A stretch of 64,000 nt of DNA from Gemmatimonadota bacterium (GCA_036679605.1 JAZDCZ010000251.1:63129-127128); one strand, 5' to 3'; shown: positions 1 to 10,708, counted from the first letter of the stretch. Numbers and translations are program-made. The notes: generated from the sequence alone by a model not told the origin.

Positions 1-195
1 AGTCAGTCCGAGCGGTCGTGCGCATTTGCGCCGTACATTTACATAGAACTCTTGAAGAACCTGAGTACTAATCACTCCCTGGCGGTCCTCCCACAACTGA
101 CTCACCAACTCCCCCGCCCGTTCGTGCTTGAGACCCGCCGCCCGATCGTGTGCATAAACCAGAATATTCGTATCGACGAACGCTCTATCGCTCAT
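1..195 (-). CDS. vapC: PIN-domain (VapC-like) toxin, partial; runs off the window start
   Basis: Not in the ORF track. Manual translation from ATG 195 gives MSDRAFVDTNILVYAHD...ISTQVLQEFY, with the PIN DTN and E motifs. Overlaps the antitoxin stop. Confidence 0.9.
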   Translation of the reverse strand, partial: MSDRAFVDTNILVYAHDRAAGLKHERAGELVSQLWEDRQGVISTQVLQEFYVNVRRKCARPLGLT

Positions 196-421
196 GGAGA
201 TCCTGACGCGATGCCGGAGGGCTCCACTGGAGATCGCGCCCCTTCCGTAGCCTCGCTAGCGCACGTCGTTTCGCCACATCGTACGCCTTGTCGCGACGGA
301 TCAGTTCATCGAGTTGATCGGCCAGGAGCCGACTTACGGACGTACCTTTGCGAGCAGCAAGCACCTTAGCTTCACGTACAAGCCGCTGCTCCACCTTGAG
401 TGTGATGTTTGTCTTCATCAT
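185..421 (-). CDS. VapB-like (RHH/CopG-type) antitoxin
   Basis: Short protein MKTNITLKVEQRLVREAKVLAARKGTSVSRLL, directly upstream of and overlapping the PIN gene. Confidence 0.85.
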   Translation of the reverse strand: MMKTNITLKVEQRLVREAKVLAARKGTSVSRLLADQLDELIRRDKAYDVAKRRALARLRKGRDLQWSPPASRQDLHER

Positions 422-428
422 CAAGAAT

Positions 429-463
429 AGCACAGTATCTCGTGCAGCACAATAACGCGTGCT
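429..463. promoter_or_regulatory. Probable vapBC operator/promoter: two tandem GCAC-N8-GTGC palindromes
   Basis: gcacagtatctcgtgc (430-445) and gcacaataacgcgtgc (447-462), immediately upstream of the antitoxin start. Confidence 0.6.
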
Positions 464-619
464 ATTTCTCCCAACTCGTACGAGGCATCCTTCATGGACG
501 CCAAACTACAACACTCTTGTCATCGACCCCGTACCCTTTTCACCGCGTGTCAGCTCTTTCCTACGCGACTACCGTCCAGTTATTCCGCCCGCGCACACTT
601 ACATGCTGAGCAGACTCCA

Positions 620-640
620 GGTATGATATATCGTCATACC
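620..640 (+). promoter_or_regulatory. Probable mazEF operator overlapping the -10 element
   Basis: Palindrome GGTATGA-N7-TCATACC containing TATGAT, followed by a GGAGG RBS and ATG 653. Confidence 0.65.
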
Positions 641-652
641 ACGGAGGCGGGC

Positions 653-895
653 ATGCGCAAGGCCAAAATTGCCGTTACCCTGAAGAAAGACACTGTGAAG
701 CGTGTCGATCAGCTTGTGCGGGAGCAAGTGTACGAAAGCCGGAGTCGGGCCGTGGAGGAGGCTGTTGAAGAGAAATTGGCCCGGTTGGACCGGCGCCGCT
801 TGGTGCGAGAGTGCGCCAAGCTGGACCCGGATTTTGAAAAGGCAATGGCGGAAGAAGGGATTGCGGCCGAGGCAAGTGAGTGGCCCGAATACTGA
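653..895 (+). CDS. RHH antitoxin (MazE/CopG-like)
   Basis: MRKAKIAVTL...SRSRAVEEAV ribbon-helix-helix pattern with acidic tail; GGAGG RBS; overlaps the toxin. Confidence 0.85.
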   Translation: MRKAKIAVTLKKDTVKRVDQLVREQVYESRSRAVEEAVEEKLARLDRRRLVRECAKLDPDFEKAMAEEGIAAEASEWPEY

Positions 896-1218
896 GAGGC
901 GATGTTCGGTGGGCGGATCTCAATCCGGTCCGTGGTAACGAACAGGCTGGGCGGCGCCCTGTGTTGATACTGAGCCATGACGTATTCAACGCGCGATCGG
1001 GCACTGTGATCGCAATGGCAATCACCAGCCAACCTCAGCGTGCCGGCTTTCCCCTCACTCTTGAATTGAACGTACGCGGACTTCCAAAGAGATCTTGGGT
1101 CAAGATAAGCCAGATTCGGACGCTGGCAGTTGAACGGGTGGGCCGGCGGATCGCCCGTGCCCCGTCAGAACAGTTACTCGAAGTGATCGAGGGGTTGGAG
1201 GAGATCATCGGCGACTGA
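880..1218 (+). CDS. mazF: MazF/PemK family endoribonuclease toxin
   Basis: RGDVRWADLNPVRGNEQAGRRPVLILS and SQIRTL motifs. Confidence 0.93.
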   Translation: MARILRGDVRWADLNPVRGNEQAGRRPVLILSHDVFNARSGTVIAMAITSQPQRAGFPLTLELNVRGLPKRSWVKISQIRTLAVERVGRRIARAPSEQLLEVIEGLEEIIGD

Positions 1219-1220
1219 GT

Positions 1221-1311
1221 GGGCGGCAAAAAGGGCGGTACCCTACCCCTCCCAACCCCTCATCGGGCGGTAGGTGTTGATTGCCCAGTTCTACCGCCCA
1301 GTTCTCCCGCC
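1221..1311. repeat. GGCGGTA-rich repeat element, left copy (inverted relative to 26121-26234)
   Basis: Shares ggcggtac, acccctccca, gggcggtaggtgttgatt and gcccagttctaccgccc with the reverse complement of 26121-26234. Confidence 0.8.
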
Positions 1312-1315
1312 TTGA

Positions 1316-1517
1316 TAAAGATTTCTTAATCAAAGCCTTGCGAAATCTTTCCAGCTGCCACATAACCTTAGCAAGGGGCCGGTGGCTTCTGTTGCAATCC
1401 AGTCGGTTGCAAACAAGTGCCTCAGAAGGCAGGGGAACTCGGTAATATCGAGTATGGTTGCGTAAAATGACCAGCATGCACATCCGGGACCGCATGTCCG
1501 TCCTCGTCGTCGTCATG
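1316..1517 (+). repeat. ~200-bp upstream region plus first codons, duplicated at 14416-14615
   Basis: Colinear matches taaagatt, ctttccag, cttctgttgc, cagtcggt, cagaaggcag, aaatga, gcatgtccgt, tcgtcgtcatg. Confidence 0.8.
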
Positions 1518-4500
1518 TCCCTGGTGGCGGTAGGTGTGGGCGGCACAGTAATGTCCTTCCTCTACCGTGCAGCGTTCCGTGAGCAACGTGCGCGACTGAC
1601 TGATACGGCCCATGGCCGGGCGCACATGATGGAAGCCATAGCGCGGTTCGATTCGGCCTATGGTGACAACTATCCCGGGGGATTCTACGAGGCCACCCTT
1701 TCCCAAGTAAGAGCAGCCCACGAGGAGTTTGAGGGCTTCGGAAACACAGGAGAACTCGCCGTCGCCCGGCGCGAGGGCGACCTGATCGTCTTCGTCTTGC
1801 GGCACCGGCACGCAGGGAAAGGCATGCTCGACGATACCCTTCCCTTCTTCGGGGAACGGGCCGAGCCGATGCGCCGCGCGCTGAGCGGCCGGTCGGGCAC
1901 TGTCATCGGCATCGACTACCGGGGAGAGCGAGTGCTCGCTGCCTACGAACCAGTGACCATGCTCGATCTCGGCGTAGTCGCAAAGATCGATCTTGCCGAA
2001 GTGCGGGCACCGTTCGTCCGGGCCGGGCTGTTGGGTGCCGGGGGCAGCCTCATCTTGATCGTGCTCGGAATCGGGATATTCCGGCGAGTAGCGAATCCGT
2101 TGCTGCGAGAGGTCGACGCAAACGCAAGACGATATCGCGGACTGTTCGAGAATGCTCCCGTCTCGATATGGGAAGAGGATTTTTTCCAAGTCAAAACCTA
2201 CCTAGACGATCTCGGATTCTTCGAGATAGAAGACGTCGAGTCCTATTTGGATGACCACCCGGATGTTGTACGGCAGTGCGCGCAACGGGTTACGGTCCTG
2301 GCCGTCAACCGGCGTGCTGCTGAACTGCACGAAGCTGACAACGCAGCGGAGTTGCTGAAGGAACTGTCGAGGATTACCGAAGTAAGCTACGTGGCGTTCA
2401 GGCGGGAGTTGGTGGCGATGTGGCGCGGCGACACCGAGTGCGAAGTCGAGGGGCAAGTAATAACCTTGAAGGGTTCGTTGCGTGACGTCATCGTCAAGTG
2501 GTCGATCGTGCCCGGTCACGAGGAGGACTTATCCCGGATCTTGGTTTCGCTGCTCGATGTGACCGACCGCAAGCGATCCGAAGAGGCACTCAGGGAGGGC
2601 GAGAAGCGACTGAGCCTCACACTGGATGCCGTAAGCGACGGCGCATGGGATTGGAATGTCGCGACGGGCGAAGTGCGCTACAGTGACCGTTGGGTGGAGT
2701 CACTGGGGTACCGGCCAGAGGAAGTCGAACCGCACGAGAGTTTCTGGCGGAGTCTCATCCATCCGGATGATGTACCGAAGGTTGACGAAGCGCTCATGGA
2801 GCACTTTGACGGTCGTACCGATTACTACGAATGCGAAAACCGCCTTCGCATGAAATCGGGCGAGTACCGGGATAACCTAGACAGGGGGAAAGTTATCTCC
2901 CGTGACGCCCAGGGAAGACCGCTCCGAATGGTGGGCACGGATACCGACATCACCGAGCGGCGGAAGGCAGAGAATGCCCTACGGACAAGCGAGAGCCGCT
3001 ATCGCTTGCTGTTCCAAGATTCGCGCGACGCCATCTTCATAACCTCCGTGGACGGCCGGTTTGCCGACGTGAACGACGCAGGCCTTGACCTGCTGCGCTA
3101 CTCTCGTGATGAGTTCGCCGATATCCGCGTTGCCGACATATCCGACGATCTCGACGGCATGCGACAGTTCCAGCACGCAGTCGACAAGGTAGGCTTCGTG
3201 AAAGACTACCTGGCCCTTGTGCGACGCAAGGACGGAGTCGTGCTCGACTGTCTGCTCACGTCGACGGCGCGGCGCGCAGCAGACGGCACAGTGATCGGAT
3301 ACCAGACCATCGCTCGGGACGACACCCAACGCAGGCGGATGGAGAACGAGTTGCGGCGATCCCGCAACGAACTCTACATTCGGAATCGGATCTCACACGT
3401 GTTCCTGACCGAAGCCGGCGACGAGTTGTTTGGAGAGCTGCTTGACGTCTTGATCGGTGCTACGGAGAGCGAGTTCGGGTTCCTGGGCTACATCGATGAG
3501 GACGGCGCTTTGGTCTGTGCCTCGATGAGGCAGCGAACTTGGACCAAGCGGCAAATGGAACAGAAGGTCATGGTGGTCCCGCCGTCGAGCTGGGAGGGTA
3601 TCTGGGGACAATCTCTCCGCGAGTGCAGAACCATTTGGTCGAACGATTCGCTGAAAATGCCTGAGTTTCAACTGCAGTTGAACGCCGCGATCGCCGTCCC
3701 GATTGTGCACGGTAAGAAATTGATTGGCCAATTCGTATTGGCAAACAAGCCGGCCGGCTACGACGCGAGAGACGGAGAGTTCTTGGACACCCTTGCAGAA
3801 TACATCTTCCCACTTCTCGAGTCGAAGCTCACCGCCGAGCGCACCAGAAAGTTCAGTGAGCAGGCGTGGGCCACGGTGCGAGGTGTTCGCGACCGGCTGC
3901 AACTGAGCATAGATCGTATGCCGATCGCTTACATCCTGTGGGATGAATCAACCAAGGTCACGGTATGGAATCCAGCGGCCGCACGGATCTTCGGCTACAC
4001 CAACGAGGAAGCAGTGGGACGATCGCTGCTCGATCTAGTCGTTCCGGATTCCATCCGGCTAGACGTCGCCAACGTAATGCAAGCGCTCTTGGGGGGTGAA
4101 GAAGCATCGTACTCGGAACCCAACAACAATGTGTGCAAGGATGGAACGGTGATCTCCTGCCAGTGGTACAACACGCCAATCAAGCTAGGAGACCAAGAGA
4201 CATCGCTAGTCCTTTCCATGGTGCTGGACGTCACCAAACAGGTGGAGGGCGAAAAGACCCTGCGTCTCAACTCGGCCGCATTAGAGGCCGCAGCGAACGC
4301 CATAGTGATTACCGACGAAGAGGGCGCCATTCAGTGGACCAATTCCGCCTTCGAGCGCTGTACAGGCTACAATCAAGAGGAAGTTGCCGGCAGGAATCCG
4401 CGGTTTCTCAAGTCTGGAAGACAAGGCAGAGCATTCTACATCGACTTGTGGGATACCATACTCGACGGGCGAACCTGGCACGGCGAGATGACAAACAAAC

Positions 4501-5279
4501 GCAAGAATGGAACCCTCTACACTGAGGAGCAGTCCATCACTCCGATGAGTAGCGGCGGCGAGATCACTCATTTCATCAGCATCAGACAAGACATCACCGA
4601 GCGCAAGCGACTGGAGCAGGAGGTTCTCGAGATTGATGAACGGGAGCGGCAGAGTATCGGTCAAGACCTCCACGACATGCTGGGCCAGCAGCTGACGGGT
4701 ATGGGCCTGATGCTCCAGGCGTTGCGGGGAAACGCGGCGCGGCAGGAGGCGGTGGATTCGGACGTGGTCAGTAAACTTCAAGATCTCGTGAAGACTGCCG
4801 CTGTCCACACGCGCTTCGTCTCGCGGGGCCTGTTGAAGCTCACACCTGGGAGGAGCGGCTTGATAGATGCCTTGGAGGACTTGGCATCGACAGCGGAGAA
4901 ACTCTTCGACATCACTTGTGACATACGGATCACCGATAACGTCGAGATCTCTGACTCGACGGTCACCCGGCACGTCTATCACATCGCCCAGGAAGCGGTG
5001 ACCAACGCCGTGCGTCACGGGAGAGCCGCCAGCGTGGTAATCGCACTCAGACTCCACGAAGATAAGACCGTGATGAGCGTGAGCGACGACGGCTGTGGTA
5101 TTCCTGACAATCTGCCTTCAGATAAGGGACTTGGACTCAGCACCATGCGCTATCGCGCACACGCCATAGGTGGCTCGTTGGAGGTTAGGCGCGGCGAGGA
5201 ATCCGGCACTGTTGTGCGTTGCACGTTACCGCGAATGAGCGACCCTGGCCAGGATCAGAGCACATATCTCGATGGTTGA
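1467..5279 (+). CDS. Membrane sensor histidine kinase: Cache-like domain, multiple PAS, GAF, HisKA_3/HATPase
   Basis: Two TM segments, DYRGERVLAAYEP Cache-like motif, repeated PAS ends (DVTDRK, DITER), H-box IGQDLHDMLGQ, QEAVTNAVRHG, DDGCG, GLGL. Confidence 0.92.
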   Translation: MTSMHIRDRMSVLVVVMSLVAVGVGGTVMSFLYRAAFREQRARLTDTAHGRAHMMEAIARFDSAYGDNYPGGFYEATLSQVRAAHEEFEGFGNTGELAVARREGDLIVFVLRHRHAGKGMLDDTLPFFGERAEPMRRALSGRSGTVIGIDYRGERVLAAYEPVTMLDLGVVAKIDLAEVRAPFVRAGLLGAGGSLILIVLGIGIFRRVANPLLREVDANARRYRGLFENAPVSIWEEDFFQVKTYLDDLGFFEIEDVESYLDDHPDVVRQCAQRVTVLAVNRRAAELHEADNAAELLKELSRITEVSYVAFRRELVAMWRGDTECEVEGQVITLKGSLRDVIVKWSIVPGHEEDLSRILVSLLDVTDRKRSEEALREGEKRLSLTLDAVSDGAWDWNVATGEVRYSDRWVESLGYRPEEVEPHESFWRSLIHPDDVPKVDEALMEHFDGRTDYYECENRLRMKSGEYRDNLDRGKVISRDAQGRPLRMVGTDTDITERRKAENALRTSESRYRLLFQDSRDAIFITSVDGRFADVNDAGLDLLRYSRDEFADIRVADISDDLDGMRQFQHAVDKVGFVKDYLALVRRKDGVVLDCLLTSTARRAADGTVIGYQTIARDDTQRRRMENELRRSRNELYIRNRISHVFLTEAGDELFGELLDVLIGATESEFGFLGYIDEDGALVCASMRQRTWTKRQMEQKVMVVPPSSWEGIWGQSLRECRTIWSNDSLKMPEFQLQLNAAIAVPIVHGKKLIGQFVLANKPAGYDARDGEFLDTLAEYIFPLLESKLTAERTRKFSEQAWATVRGVRDRLQLSIDRMPIAYILWDESTKVTVWNPAAARIFGYTNEEAVGRSLLDLVVPDSIRLDVANVMQALLGGEEASYSEPNNNVCKDGTVISCQWYNTPIKLGDQETSLVLSMVLDVTKQVEGEKTLRLNSAALEAAANAIVITDEEGAIQWTNSAFERCTGYNQEEVAGRNPRFLKSGRQGRAFYIDLWDTILDGRTWHGEMTNKRKNGTLYTEEQSITPMSSGGEITHFISIRQDITERKRLEQEVLEIDERERQSIGQDLHDMLGQQLTGMGLMLQALRGNAARQEAVDSDVVSKLQDLVKTAAVHTRFVSRGLLKLTPGRSGLIDALEDLASTAEKLFDITCDIRITDNVEISDSTVTRHVYHIAQEAVTNAVRHGRAASVVIALRLHEDKTVMSVSDDGCGIPDNLPSDKGLGLSTMRYRAHAIGGSLEVRRGEESGTVVRCTLPRMSDPGQDQSTYLDG

Positions 5280-5949
5280 GCGCAAGGTGCAAGACGGCCC
5301 CTCCAGGGTCCTTCTGGTGGACGATCACGCAGTGGTGCGGCACGGCCTGGCGCTCTTGATCAATAATGAACGCGATCTGACGGTCTGCGGTGAGGCAAGC
5401 GATGCGGGCAGCGCTCTCAAGACCGCCGAGAAGCTTCAGCCGGACCTGGTCGTCGTCGACATAGCGCTCGGTGACACCGACGGCATCGAGTTAATCAAGC
5501 AGATGCACGCGCGTTGGCCCACCACAAGGGTGCTGGCCCTTTCGATGCACAGCGAAAACCTCTACGCGGAACGTGCTCTCCAGGCAGGGGCGAATGGATA
5601 CCTGATGAAGGAGGAAGCCCCTCAGGAATTCCTCAGGGCGCTGCGGCAGATCTTGTCAGGCGAGGTATTCGTCAGCCGACAGCTCGAAAAGCGCTGGCTG
5701 CAGCGCATGCGTAGTGGATCGCATAACTTGGATCGCACGCCGGTCGAGACGTTGTCCGATCGTGAGCTGGCGGTGCTGCAGCTCATAGGCGACGGTCACC
5801 CGAGCCGCGAGATCGCAGAATCGCTGCACTTGAGCATCAAGACGGTCCAATCACATCAGGAGCACATCAAACAGAAGCTGGAATTGGCCAACGCGACCGA
5901 ACTGGTGCGATTCGCCACGCTCTGGGTCCACCGGGAAAGTGGTGGCTAG
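5272..5949 (+). CDS. NarL/LuxR family response regulator
   Basis: LVDDHAVVR receiver plus LSDRELAVL...IAESLHLSIKTV HTH; overlaps the kinase stop. Confidence 0.95.
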   Translation: MVERKVQDGPSRVLLVDDHAVVRHGLALLINNERDLTVCGEASDAGSALKTAEKLQPDLVVVDIALGDTDGIELIKQMHARWPTTRVLALSMHSENLYAERALQAGANGYLMKEEAPQEFLRALRQILSGEVFVSRQLEKRWLQRMRSGSHNLDRTPVETLSDRELAVLQLIGDGHPSREIAESLHLSIKTVQSHQEHIKQKLELANATELVRFATLWVHRESGG

Positions 5950-6119
5950 GGCATTCCCCTACCGAGTATGTCGACTCCTTCCTAGTTCTGTAACTAACCA
6001 ACTCCCAATCGAATAGACTGCACCGCCCCGATATTGGGCCGTACGCCTACAGGCAAGCTTTATCTGTGGGAAAATCCGCAATCAAACTCGGCAACCGTTA
6101 TCGAGGGGAAGCTGTCGTA

Positions 6120-6629
6120 ATGCTCAAGTCCATACCATCGCTTGCGCTTGCCACCCTCGCGCTCATTCCATTCGCTAGCCTCACAGCCCAACTGCCGCTG
6201 CCGCTGCCGCTCGCACCCGGTCAGCGGGTGCGGATAAGTGCGCCAAGTGTAGGCGCGGAGGACCTCGTGTGCAGCGTCGTAGTGCTTCGACCGGACGCGC
6301 TAATGGTTCGGGCAGCATGGTACAACGCACCCTCAAAGATCCCTACCGCGTCTATCACTCGGCTCGACGTGCAGCGGGGTCGCAAGTCACATGCGCTCAC
6401 GGGACTCGGCATCGGAGTCGTTGCAGGTGCCCTTCTGGGCGGCCTCATCGACGGATCGTTGGGCGGTGGAGCCGTGGCAGGTGGAGTCGTACTTGGCGGC
6501 ATCGGGACCGCTGTCGGAACGCAAATTAAATCCGACCGCTGGGAGGAAGTTCCCCTGGACGCACTTCGTAGGAGCTTCACCCGGCAGCGCAATGTTCACT
6601 TCGCGCTCGGAGTAGCGGTCAGTTTCTAG
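6120..6629 (+). CDS. Exported/membrane hypothetical protein with glycine zipper
   Basis: Signal peptide (...ASLTAQ), PGQRVRI motif, glycine-rich hydrophobic hairpin, terminal Phe. Confidence 0.7.
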   Translation: MLKSIPSLALATLALIPFASLTAQLPLPLPLAPGQRVRISAPSVGAEDLVCSVVVLRPDALMVRAAWYNAPSKIPTASITRLDVQRGRKSHALTGLGIGVVAGALLGGLIDGSLGGGAVAGGVVLGGIGTAVGTQIKSDRWEEVPLDALRRSFTRQRNVHFALGVAVSF

Positions 6630-6703
6630 TACAAGGTGCAAGGTTAGGAATGGGAAAAGGTAATGTTTGACAACTTGTTCATCTCGATCGGAGCGGCATC
6701 AGA

Positions 6704-7168
6704 ATGAAAAAAGCGCAGTTCAAGATCCTCGTTGTCGATGATTCGAACCTGGTTCGCGGTCTCTTGAGCGATATGCTGAGCGAATTGGACGGTGTCTGTA
6801 CCGTTCACCGCGCCGCAGATGCTAAAGAAGGTCTGGAGCTGGTATCCCAGCTCGAACCTGACTTGGTTACCCTGGATATCAGGCTGCCGGGCGAGACCGG
6901 CGTAGACCTGCTGGCAAAGATCAAGGCGCAGAAGGACCCTCCGGAAGTCGTGATGCTGACCAACTATCCCTTTTCCACGTACCGCAAGGTCTGCGCCGAG
7001 CTTGGGGCGGATCATTTCCTCGACAAGACGACGGAACTGCACAAGCTGCTCGAAGTAGTGAGAAGTGCCATCGCAAGAGAAGTAGTGAAAAATGCCATCG
7101 CAAAAAAAGGCAACGGCGCGCGGCCCAACTCTTGTTTCGACCCGCCGGACAACGAACGCAGAGAGTGA
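6704..7168 (+). CDS. Single-domain response regulator
   Basis: ILVVDD...LDIRLPGETG...MLT...FLDK. Confidence 0.9.
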   Translation: MKKAQFKILVVDDSNLVRGLLSDMLSELDGVCTVHRAADAKEGLELVSQLEPDLVTLDIRLPGETGVDLLAKIKAQKDPPEVVMLTNYPFSTYRKVCAELGADHFLDKTTELHKLLEVVRSAIAREVVKNAIAKKGNGARPNSCFDPPDNERRE

Positions 7169-7608
7169 CGGTCAAGAACATGGTAGAGTGCCTTCTTGTG
7201 GAAGACAATCCGACGGACGCGGAACTCACTAAGCGGGTGTTGCGAGGCGAGGTCCTGAAAGACGATTTCATGGTCGCGCGCGACGGGCAGGAGGCGCTGG
7301 ACTTCATCTTCTGTCGCGGCGACTGGTCCAATCGTGACATCGACGACCGCCCCAAACTGGTGTTGCTCGATCTCAGACTTCCCAAGGTGGACGGGATCGA
7401 GGTACTGAAACAAATCAAGTCAGATGCACGCACGCGAGCGATCCCGACGGTGATACTGACGTCGTCGCGCCAAGATCATGACATCGAGACGTGTTACAAA
7501 CTCGGCGCCAACAGTTATGTCGTGAAGCCAATGGATTTCGAGAAACTGACAGAGACCGTCTCCGAGGTCGGCCGCTACTGGCTCCTGTTCAACGAACCGC
7601 CCCGGTAA
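7165..7608 (+). CDS. Rcp-like single-domain response regulator
   Basis: LLVEDNPTDAEL...LLDLRLPKVDG...GANSYVVKP...YWL. GTGA overlap with the previous gene; alternative ATG at 7180. Confidence 0.9.
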   Translation: MTVKNMVECLLVEDNPTDAELTKRVLRGEVLKDDFMVARDGQEALDFIFCRGDWSNRDIDDRPKLVLLDLRLPKVDGIEVLKQIKSDARTRAIPTVILTSSRQDHDIETCYKLGANSYVVKPMDFEKLTETVSEVGRYWLLFNEPPR

Positions 7609-7614
7609 GGACCG

Positions 7615-10600
7615 ATGACCGAGAAGCTCCGGATCTTGATTCTCGAGGACGTTGCCGACGACGCCGAATTGCAGGAACGGGAACTTCAGAAGGCGGGAAT
7701 CGAGTTCATTTCAAAGTGCGTGGAGACTCGCGAAGACTTCCTTGCCGCACTCGAAGACTTCGTCCCCGATATCATTCTGTGTGACTATATGCTGCCGACT
7801 ATTGACGGCATGATGGCGCTCAAGCTGATACGAAAGCACTCTCCTAACGTGCCTGTCATCATCGTAACTGGCTCGATGAACGAAGAGACAGCGGTCGAGT
7901 GCCTCAAGGCCGGCGCCGCGGATTACGTGATCAAAGATCATCTCGTGCGCTTGACACTGGCTGTGAAGAACGCACTGAACAAACAGCTGCAACGCGAAAT
8001 CAAGCAGCGAGCCTTCCGAGCCCTGCGGGAAAGCGAGGAGAGGCACCGATCGCTTACCGAAGCGATCCCCGACATGATCCTACTGGTTGACCGCGAAGGC
8101 ACATATCTCGAATACAAACCTTCGGATGACTTCGCGCCTACAGTACCGGCCGAAACGTTCTTAGGCAGAAAGATCTCCGACGTGATGCCAAAGGACGTGA
8201 CCCGAGCGTCGATCGAGGCCATCCGTCAGGCTCTGGCAACCGAAACCCTTCAAACTTTCGAGTATGAGCTTGTCAAGGAAGGTCAGTTGCATTACTTCGA
8301 GGCCCGAGCAGCACCCAATGCGCAAGGCGAAGTCTCGCTGGTGATACGTGACATCACCGAACGCAAAGAGGCCGAAGAGATCGTCGAACGCATGGCGCTG
8401 CGGCAACAGCTGATTCTGAACTCGGCGGGACAGGGAATTGTCGGAGTCGACCGCGACGGCAACATGACATCCATCAACCCGGCGGCCGCAAGCACGCTCG
8501 GTGGTACCATCTCCGGTCTGCTCGGAAGGCCGCTGCAGCCGCGGGAGCGTGACTCGGGCCCCAATGACAGGGCCTGCTCGGACTACTCGAGTACTGTAGA
8601 TCAGACACTCGTCGATGGGCTCCCCCGCGAGGCCGACGCCATTTTTCAGAAACTCGACGGGAGCAGTTTCCCCGTCCGGTTAGTGTGTACAGCCATTGGT
8701 AACGACCGTCAAATCGACGGGGCGGTCGTTGTATTCGAGGACATCAGTGAGAAGAAGCAGCGAGAGGAAACGCTATCGCTACAGGGTGCCGCCCTCGAAG
8801 CCGCCGCAAACAGCATTGTCATCACAGATCCCCAGGGAGTTATCCAATGGGTGAACTTGGCGTTTACCAAACTAACGGGCTACACGGCCGAGGAGGCCAT
8901 CGGACAGAATCCACGCATCCTCCAATCTGAGAGACAGGAGCGGTCGTTCTACACGGAACTGTGGGACACGATTCGCGCCGGCCGCACATGGCGCGGCGAA
9001 CTCATCAACAAGCGCAAGAACGGAAGTCTGTACACCGAGGAGATGACAATCACGCCCGTGCCCGATTCGAGCGGCAACATATCGCATTTCGTCGCGATCA
9101 AGCAGGACATCACGGAGCGGAAGGCATCGGATGAGACCTTGCGCAAATCCGAGGAGAGTTTCCGCAACCTCGTGCAGCACGCCACATACGGAATCTACCG
9201 GTCGTCACCGGATGGCAGGTTCCTCTCCGTCAACCCTGCCCTGGTCGAGATGCTGGGGTATCGGTCGGAAGAGGACCTTCTCTCCATCGACATGAATAAA
9301 GACTTGTACGCCGATCGAGGAATGAGGCAAACGCTGATCGAAGAGTTCGAGCTGAGCAAGCTAGTGGACGGGGTAGAGACCCCGTGGCTGAGACGGGACG
9401 GGAACCCGCTCATGGTGCGGCTCAGCGGGCGCCCCGTCAACTCCTCCAACGGCAATCTGGAGTGCTTCGAGATGATCGTGGAGAACGTGACGGCGCGGAG
9501 CAAACTCGAAACGCAGCTCAGACAGGCGCAGAAGATGGAGGCAATCGGAAATCTCACTAGTGGGCTCGCACACGACTTCAACAACCTGCTCTCGGTGATC
9601 ATCGCCAACACAGAACTCCTCACCGAGTCACTCACCCGTGAAGATCTCCGATTTCTCGCAAAGGACATCTCGACGGCAGCAGATGCCGGAGCGCACATGG
9701 TGAGGCAGCTCCTCGGGTTCAGCCGTATAGCAGTGCTCGAGATGCACACCATAAACTTGGGCAAAGTCGTCGCCGATACGTCGTCAATGCTCAAGCGACT
9801 GATTCCCTCAAACATTGTCATCGATGTCACAGCGGATGAGAAGTTGAGGGCAGTCCGCGCCGATGCGGTATTGGTCGAGCAGATCATCCTCAACCTCGCA
9901 ACCAACGCGCGCGACGCCATGCCTGACGGTGGAAACCTGTCCATCGAAGTCCGGGAAACGATCGTTAAGGACGATCGGCAGCCATTCCCCTGGTTCGTGC
10001 CGGGAGAGTACGTGCGGGTCGCGGTAAGGGACACGGGCGAAGGGATGGACGAAGCGACGCGTTCCAAGATCTTCGAGCCGTTCTTCACGACAAAGCCAAA
10101 GGGCTCCGGCACCGGACTTGGAATGGCCATGGTATACGGTCTGATGAAACAGCAGGGGGGCTACATTCTGGTTGAGAGCGAACCCGGTATTGGTACTACC
10201 CGAAGAGCATTGTCAGGTGAGCGCAGAGCCCAAACGGTTGCACGGTGGCGAGACGGTACTCTACGCGGAAGATCAGGATGCTCTGCTACGAACCGGGACG
10301 CTGGTGCTCGAGCGCAATGGCTACACTGTCATCTCTGCTGCAAACGGCCGAGAGGCGATAGAGCAATTCCGCGAACATCAGTCAGAGATAGACATCGTAC
10401 TTTGCGATATGGTAATGCCCGAAATGGGAGGCGCCGAAGTATTTCGAGTCGTGAGGGAGATCGCCGAGGACATACCCTTCCTGATGGTGACCGGCTACGC
10501 GCAAACTGAGGCAGAAGATGCCATGGGAGGCAATGTTCACGTGCCAACGCTGTCGAAGCCATGGACGATCGACGAACTGCTTCATGCGGTGCGGCGCGAA

Positions 10601-10624
10601 CTGGAGGGAGTAGTAAGGCGGTAG
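7615..10624 (+). pseudogene. Hybrid histidine kinase (REC, 4 PAS, HisKA, HATPase, REC), frameshifted near 10200
   Basis: ORF 7615-10509 is kinase-like up to ESEPGIGTT. The C-terminal REC (GETVLYAEDQ...KPW) lies in another frame (10172-10624). The intact paralog at 23389-26154 shows the missing linker. Confidence 0.8.
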
Positions 10625-10650
10625 AAAAGGGCGGGAGAAAAGGGCGGTAG
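10617..10650 (+). repeat. Short GGCGG(T/G)AG-AAAAG tandem repeat
   Basis: aggcggtagaaaagggcgggagaaaagggcggtag; same core as the elements at 1221 and 26121. Confidence 0.65.
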
Positions 10651-10708
10651 AGCGTGGCACTGCTGGAGCATGGCTCAGCAACCCGAGCCAATCAAAGGAG
10701 CATAAATC

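Noticed and set aside
494..652. N-terminal extensions from the ORF track (also 38889-39005, 42126-42209, 47677-47754, 53826-53882)
   Set aside because: Downstream starts have better RBS, overlap or domain-boundary support.
1380..1460. c-di-GMP riboswitch in the duplicated leader
   Set aside because: Lacks the GNRA tetraloop/receptor and GCAAA signature of class I; no class II pattern recognised.
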